Positions 60,583-64,000 of a stretch of DNA of 64,000 nucleotides are shown piece by piece. The stretch spans positions 1 through 64,000 of the forward strand of contig CBDCBA010000011.1 in NCBI GenBank assembly GCA_965214125.1, read 5' to 3'. The DNA comes from Tepidisphaeraceae bacterium (GTDB taxonomy: Bacteria > Planctomycetota > Phycisphaerae > Tepidisphaerales > Tepidisphaeraceae). Within the stretch, counting starts at the first letter, position 1, and each line of letters begins with the position of its first letter. Position numbers and translations under genes: made by a program. A model generated the notes under the pieces. It had not been told where the DNA came from and searched no databases. It worked only from the letters and a program-made list of their open reading frames with translations.

Positions 60583-62034
60583 ATGCGACGCTTTTGCCTC
60601 CATCTCGCGATCGCCGCCGTGGCGTGTCCCGCGGCCCTCGCCTCCGCGCAGACCACGACGCCGTCGCTGGCCGACCTGGGCGACTTCGAGGACGCGGTGC
60701 GGGCATCGCGCGACGACCTGGTGCGTGCCGCCCGCGCGGACGCGGTGGACCGGCTCTTCCTGGCCGTCAAAGCCGAGGCGCTGGCGCCGGGATTGACCGT
60801 CGGCGGGATGCTCGGCCAGCTCAACGATGGCGCGGCCCGGCGCGTGCGGCAGGCGCTCGAGGACGCGCCGCAGATCGGTGGCCCACGGTTCGCAGCGCCC
60901 GGCACGGCGCAGGTGCAGCTTCAAGCCGGCGGCGAGTTGGTGGCCGCGGCGCTGCGGCGCGAGCTGGCCCGCGATGGCGCTGCCGATCGGCTGCCGGAAA
61001 GCGTCTCGTTCGCCCACATCGAGCGCACCCTGCGCCGCTGGACAGGCCGAAACTTCGTCGCGCTCGGCCGCAGCGTGACGCCGGAGATGGCGCTGGGTGC
61101 CCTGCCGCGCGACGGGGCGGGCACCAACTCGCGGATCGAGCCGCTCGACCCCGAAACCGGCTGGCCCGCCGTTCCCGATGAGGCGCGGCAGCGGGCGTTC
61201 GTCGAGGCGCGACGCGAGGTGATGGAGCGCCTGATGACCGCCGCCCGGCCGGTGCCGCTGGCGAGCGAGTCCGACGACCCCGAGTCGTCGCAGGAAGTTC
61301 CGGCCGGCACGCTCGGCGACCTCTTCGACCTCGGCCGCGTCGGCGAGCAGTCGCGTCGCTACCTCGCCGCCCGACCGGTCACGCGGATCGCCTTCGCCGA
61401 CGAGCGCCAGATCCGCGTGAGCCTGTCCCTCGACCCGGCGGACTGGGTGGCGCGGCTCCGCGGCGATTTGGAGGAGATTCCCAATGCCCCGGCGCTCGAC
61501 GACCGCCAGTGGGCGGAGGTCATCACACGCCTCGCCGCGGCGCTGCCGGAGGAGGTCACGGGCACCGCCGTCGCGGAGGCGCCCGGCGACGGATCGCCGC
61601 GGGTGGCCGATCCGGAGGCGAACACTTTGGTCGCGGCGTTGCGGCCGCTCGTCGATCCAACCGACGCCGCCGCCGTCGTGCCGCAGTGGTCCCGCCAGCT
61701 CATCGCCGCGACGGGGCAGGCGGGCTACGCAATCGAAGCGGACGAGCCGGATTGGCAGCAGTCGCGCAAGCGCCTGATCGCCGCACGTGCCGCCGAGCGC
61801 GACGCCCGCGCGGCACTGGTGGAGGCGTTGCGGGCGTTGCCGCTGGGCGAGCAGAGCACGCTCGGCGCCGTTGCCGACACCCACACGCCCACGAGCCTGC
61901 TGCTGGCCGCCGCGGCAGAATCGGCCACCGTCAAGGGCAGCGCCTACGACGACGCCAGCGGCCGTGTCGAGGTCTCGCTCACCGCCGACGGCCGCGCGCT
62001 GTGGCAGCAACTGATCTCCCTTGGCGGCAACTAA
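60583..62034 (+). CDS. Secreted hypothetical protein
   Basis: Signal peptide MRRFCLHLAIAAVACPAALASAQ; 483 aa, Ala/Arg/Asp-rich, no recognised domain. Lies between ispG and ispH. Confidence 0.5.
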   Translation: MRRFCLHLAIAAVACPAALASAQTTTPSLADLGDFEDAVRASRDDLVRAARADAVDRLFLAVKAEALAPGLTVGGMLGQLNDGAARRVRQALEDAPQIGGPRFAAPGTAQVQLQAGGELVAAALRRELARDGAADRLPESVSFAHIERTLRRWTGRNFVALGRSVTPEMALGALPRDGAGTNSRIEPLDPETGWPAVPDEARQRAFVEARREVMERLMTAARPVPLASESDDPESSQEVPAGTLGDLFDLGRVGEQSRRYLAARPVTRIAFADERQIRVSLSLDPADWVARLRGDLEEIPNAPALDDRQWAEVITRLAAALPEEVTGTAVAEAPGDGSPRVADPEANTLVAALRPLVDPTDAAAVVPQWSRQLIAATGQAGYAIEADEPDWQQSRKRLIAARAAERDARAALVEALRALPLGEQSTLGAVADTHTPTSLLLAAAAESATVKGSAYDDASGRVEVSLTADGRALWQQLISLGGN

Positions 62035-62083
62035 CGCCGATGTCGGACAAGCCTCGATCCGCTCGCGGCCGTACCGTCTGAGC

Positions 62084-63025
62084 ATGCGCATCTTGCTCGC
62101 CAACCCCCGCGGATTCTGCGCCGGCGTGCGGATGGCAATCGACGTGGTCGACCACGTCCTGCGCCACCAGGGGCCGCCGGTGTTCGTCTACCACGCGATC
62201 GTCCACAACAAGCACGTCGTCGACGACTTCGTCAGCCGTGGCGTGCGCTTCGTCGAGGACGTGGCCGCCGTGCCACGTGGAGCAACGGTCGTCTTCAGCG
62301 CCCACGGCATTCCCCCCGCCGTCCGTCAGCAGGCGGCCGAGCGGGATCTGGTCGTTCACGACGCGACGTGCCCGCTCGTTACGAAGGTTCACAACGAGGT
62401 CGTCCGCTACGCCCGCGAGGGATACCACATCATCTTCATCGGCCACCGCAACCACCAGGAGGCGATCGGCACGGTGGGCGAGGCGCCCGACGCAATGACG
62501 ATTGTTGAGACGCCCGAGGAGGCCGCGGTGTTGGACATCCCGCTCGACCAGAAGCTCGCGTACGCGACGCAGACGACGCTGAGCGTGACGGACGCGCAGC
62601 GGGTGATCGACGTGCTCGTGGAGCGTTTCCCGCACATTCGCCGGCCGCCGCGGGAGGACATCTGCTACGCGACGACCAACCGCCAGGACGCCGTGGGCGC
62701 TTGGGCGGCCGAGGCGGACGTCGTGCTCGTGGTCGGCAGCAAGAACAGCTCGAACAGCAATCGCCTCGTCGACCGCGCCGTCGAACTCGGCACGCCCGGC
62801 CATCTGGTGGATGATGAATCGGAGATCGACCCGCGGTGGCTCGATGGGGCCAAGACCGTGCTCGTCACCGCCGGCGCCAGCGCCCCGGAGGCGTACGTGG
62901 AGGGCGTTCTGGCCCGGCTCCAACAGGAGTTTGGTGCCCGCGTCGAAGAGCGCTCGCTGGCGGAGGAGAACGTGCAGTTCGCGCTACCGCGTACCGTTCG
63001 CAAGCTGGCGGTGGTGGGGTCGTAG
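62084..63025 (+). CDS. ispH: 4-hydroxy-3-methylbut-2-enyl diphosphate reductase (LytB)
   Basis: MRILLANPRGFCAGVRMAIDVV (Cys1), ...HDATCPLVTKVH (Cys2), ...DICYATTNRQ (Cys3), SSNSNRL. Start at M22 of the ORF. Confidence 0.9.
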   Translation: MRILLANPRGFCAGVRMAIDVVDHVLRHQGPPVFVYHAIVHNKHVVDDFVSRGVRFVEDVAAVPRGATVVFSAHGIPPAVRQQAAERDLVVHDATCPLVTKVHNEVVRYAREGYHIIFIGHRNHQEAIGTVGEAPDAMTIVETPEEAAVLDIPLDQKLAYATQTTLSVTDAQRVIDVLVERFPHIRRPPREDICYATTNRQDAVGAWAAEADVVLVVGSKNSSNSNRLVDRAVELGTPGHLVDDESEIDPRWLDGAKTVLVTAGASAPEAYVEGVLARLQQEFGARVEERSLAEENVQFALPRTVRKLAVVGS

Positions 63026-63042
63026 ACGTCGCCCAATTGCCC

Positions 63043-63105
63043 GTAGGGTGGGATTCATCCCACCTCCGGGTCCTCGTTCCGATGGTGGGATGAATCCCAC
63101 CCTAC
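63043..63105. repeat. REP-A copy 4 (shorter spacer)
   Basis: gtagggtgggattcatcccacctccgggtcctcgttccgatggtgggatgaatcccaccctac between convergent ispH and the HTH-receiver gene. Confidence 0.8.
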
Positions 63106-63122
63106 GGGTTGCGAAACATCAT

Positions 63123-63707
63123 TCAGTACCGCACCTGCGTGGCTTTCTCGACGGCTTCGACGACGCGGCGGATGTGGAAGGGCTTCTTCAGGAAGGCGTC
63201 GAAGCCTTGATGGGTAAGGCGTTCGCCCTCTTCCTCGCTGAGTTGGCTGCTCATCGCGACGAGCTTGGTGAGCTGCAAATCGAGCGTGTGGCGGACAAGC
63301 TCCACCATCGCCTTGGGCTCGACGTCGGCGAGGTGAACGTCCACGAGGATGACGTGCGGCTTGGTCCGCCCCGCCGACACGCCGGCGGCGAAGGCGCTTT
63401 CGACGACCTCCACCTCGTACCGGGCCTCGTCCTCGAGGATCTTCTCGAGCACCTCCGTGACCTCGCGTTCGCGGTCGAGGATGAGCACGCGGGTGTTGCC
63501 GGTCTTGAGGCCGTTCAGCGGGATCGAGTGCTCCTTCATGAAGCGCACGAGCTGGTTGAGCGGGATGCGGCGATCCTTGGAGCCGGGAATGCGGTAGCCC
63601 TGGAGGCTGCCGGAGTCGAACCACTTGCTGACGGTGCGGGGGGCGACGTTGCAGATCTTGGCCACTTCGCCGGTGGTGAGCACGTCTTTGGCCTTGAGTT
63701 CTTGCAT
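63123..63707 (-). CDS. Response regulator with N-terminal MerR/excisionase-type HTH and C-terminal receiver domain
   Basis: LTTGEVAKICNVAPRTVSKWFDSGSLQGYRIPGSKDRRI (Xis/MerR-like HTH), then RVLILDREREVTEV...HVILVDVHLADVE...MSS...KP receiver. Start at M77 (GGAG 9 nt upstream); M39 at 63821 is an alternative. Confidence 0.65.
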   Translation of the reverse strand: MQELKAKDVLTTGEVAKICNVAPRTVSKWFDSGSLQGYRIPGSKDRRIPLNQLVRFMKEHSIPLNGLKTGNTRVLILDREREVTEVLEKILEDEARYEVEVVESAFAAGVSAGRTKPHVILVDVHLADVEPKAMVELVRHTLDLQLTKLVAMSSQLSEEEGERLTHQGFDAFLKKPFHIRRVVEAVEKATQVRY

Positions 63708-64000
63708 GGTCTTGGGCTCCGGTTCCGCGGCTTGCCGAGAGCGGCGTGCTGCGCCTCCATCGGCGGCGCCGTCGGCGTCGCTGTCGTGAGCGGGGGCGGT
63801 TGTCTCGGCGGGCTCCGGCATGGTTCTGGGGACACACGAGCGGCGGCATAGGTAGGCGTAGTTGCCCCTGCCGACGCAAACAGTTCGGCCGACCGGAGAA
63901 TCCCTCGCGATCGGGCCCCGCCGACTAGACGGCACGGGCGTTACCGTCCAAACCTACGACACGCCGGGCCGTCGTGCGGCGGGGAACACGCGAGCCTGCC

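Noticed and set aside
63055-63879. Minus-strand ORF 63055..63879 (274 aa, Arg-rich)
   Set aside because: Alternative frame of the HTH-receiver regulator gene; extreme Arg/Pro/Gly content.
1-64000. CRISPR arrays, rRNA genes, integrase/transposase genes
   Set aside because: No regularly spaced direct repeats with unique spacers, no rRNA-like conserved stretches and no ORF with DDE, tyrosine-recombinase or serine-recombinase motifs were seen. The repeats present are palindromic REP/MITE-type, not CRISPR.

Overview
High-GC (about 68-70% by eye) bacterial chromosomal window from a diderm organism: TolC/MacAB-type efflux genes, LpxI-type lipid A enzyme, MurI. The taxon is not determinable from sequence alone; LpxI rather than LpxH and the overall gene content would fit a Planctomycete- or Alphaproteobacteria-like lineage, but that is inference. 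About 65 plausible protein-coding genes lie on both strands, tightly packed, with many 1-4 bp start/stop overlaps. I saw no rRNA, tRNA or CRISPR array.

Recognisable content:
- class IV aminotransferase (5'-partial), Uma2 endonuclease, NfeD-like plus flotillin pair
- glcE/glcF-like glycolate-oxidase subunits, RNase HII-like protein, STAS protein, M42 peptidase
- astA-astD-astB arginine succinyltransferase genes
- SWIM-like/SNF2 helicase, hexokinase, truD, nth, LpxI-like gene
- PqqD-like protein followed by an FtsX/ABC pair, zinc ADH, murI, two receiver-domain regulators, Fur-family regulator, solute-binding protein
- a CMP-nonulosonic-acid (sialic-acid type) cluster (neuA, neuB, neuC) preceded by an unusual two-domain gene
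- YqjD/YqjE/YqjK-like membrane trio, GH144-like glucanase, PGM/PMM, ThiF/MoeB-like E1, YlbF-like and EVE proteins
- a four-gene MacB-type efflux operon (OMP-MFP-ATPase-permease), and an uncharacterised GNAT-kinase-DapB-like-TIM-barrel operon
- yefM-yoeB toxin-antitoxin pair, ispG, ispH

The most unusual signal is not a gene cluster but the repeat landscape. There are at least three families of REP/MITE-like palindromic elements, nine or more copies in all (family A x4, B x2, C x3), plus two large unique hairpins and one REP-A-like variant. Two elements sit in-frame inside coding sequences: a REP-A copy inside the ThiF/MoeB-like gene, and a 317-bp inverted-repeat-flanked, tandem-repeat-filled, lower-GC insertion inside the glcE-like gene. 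This resembles the in-frame Rickettsia palindromic elements.

Coordinates of internal starts and of repeats were placed by eye and may be off by 1-2 nt.
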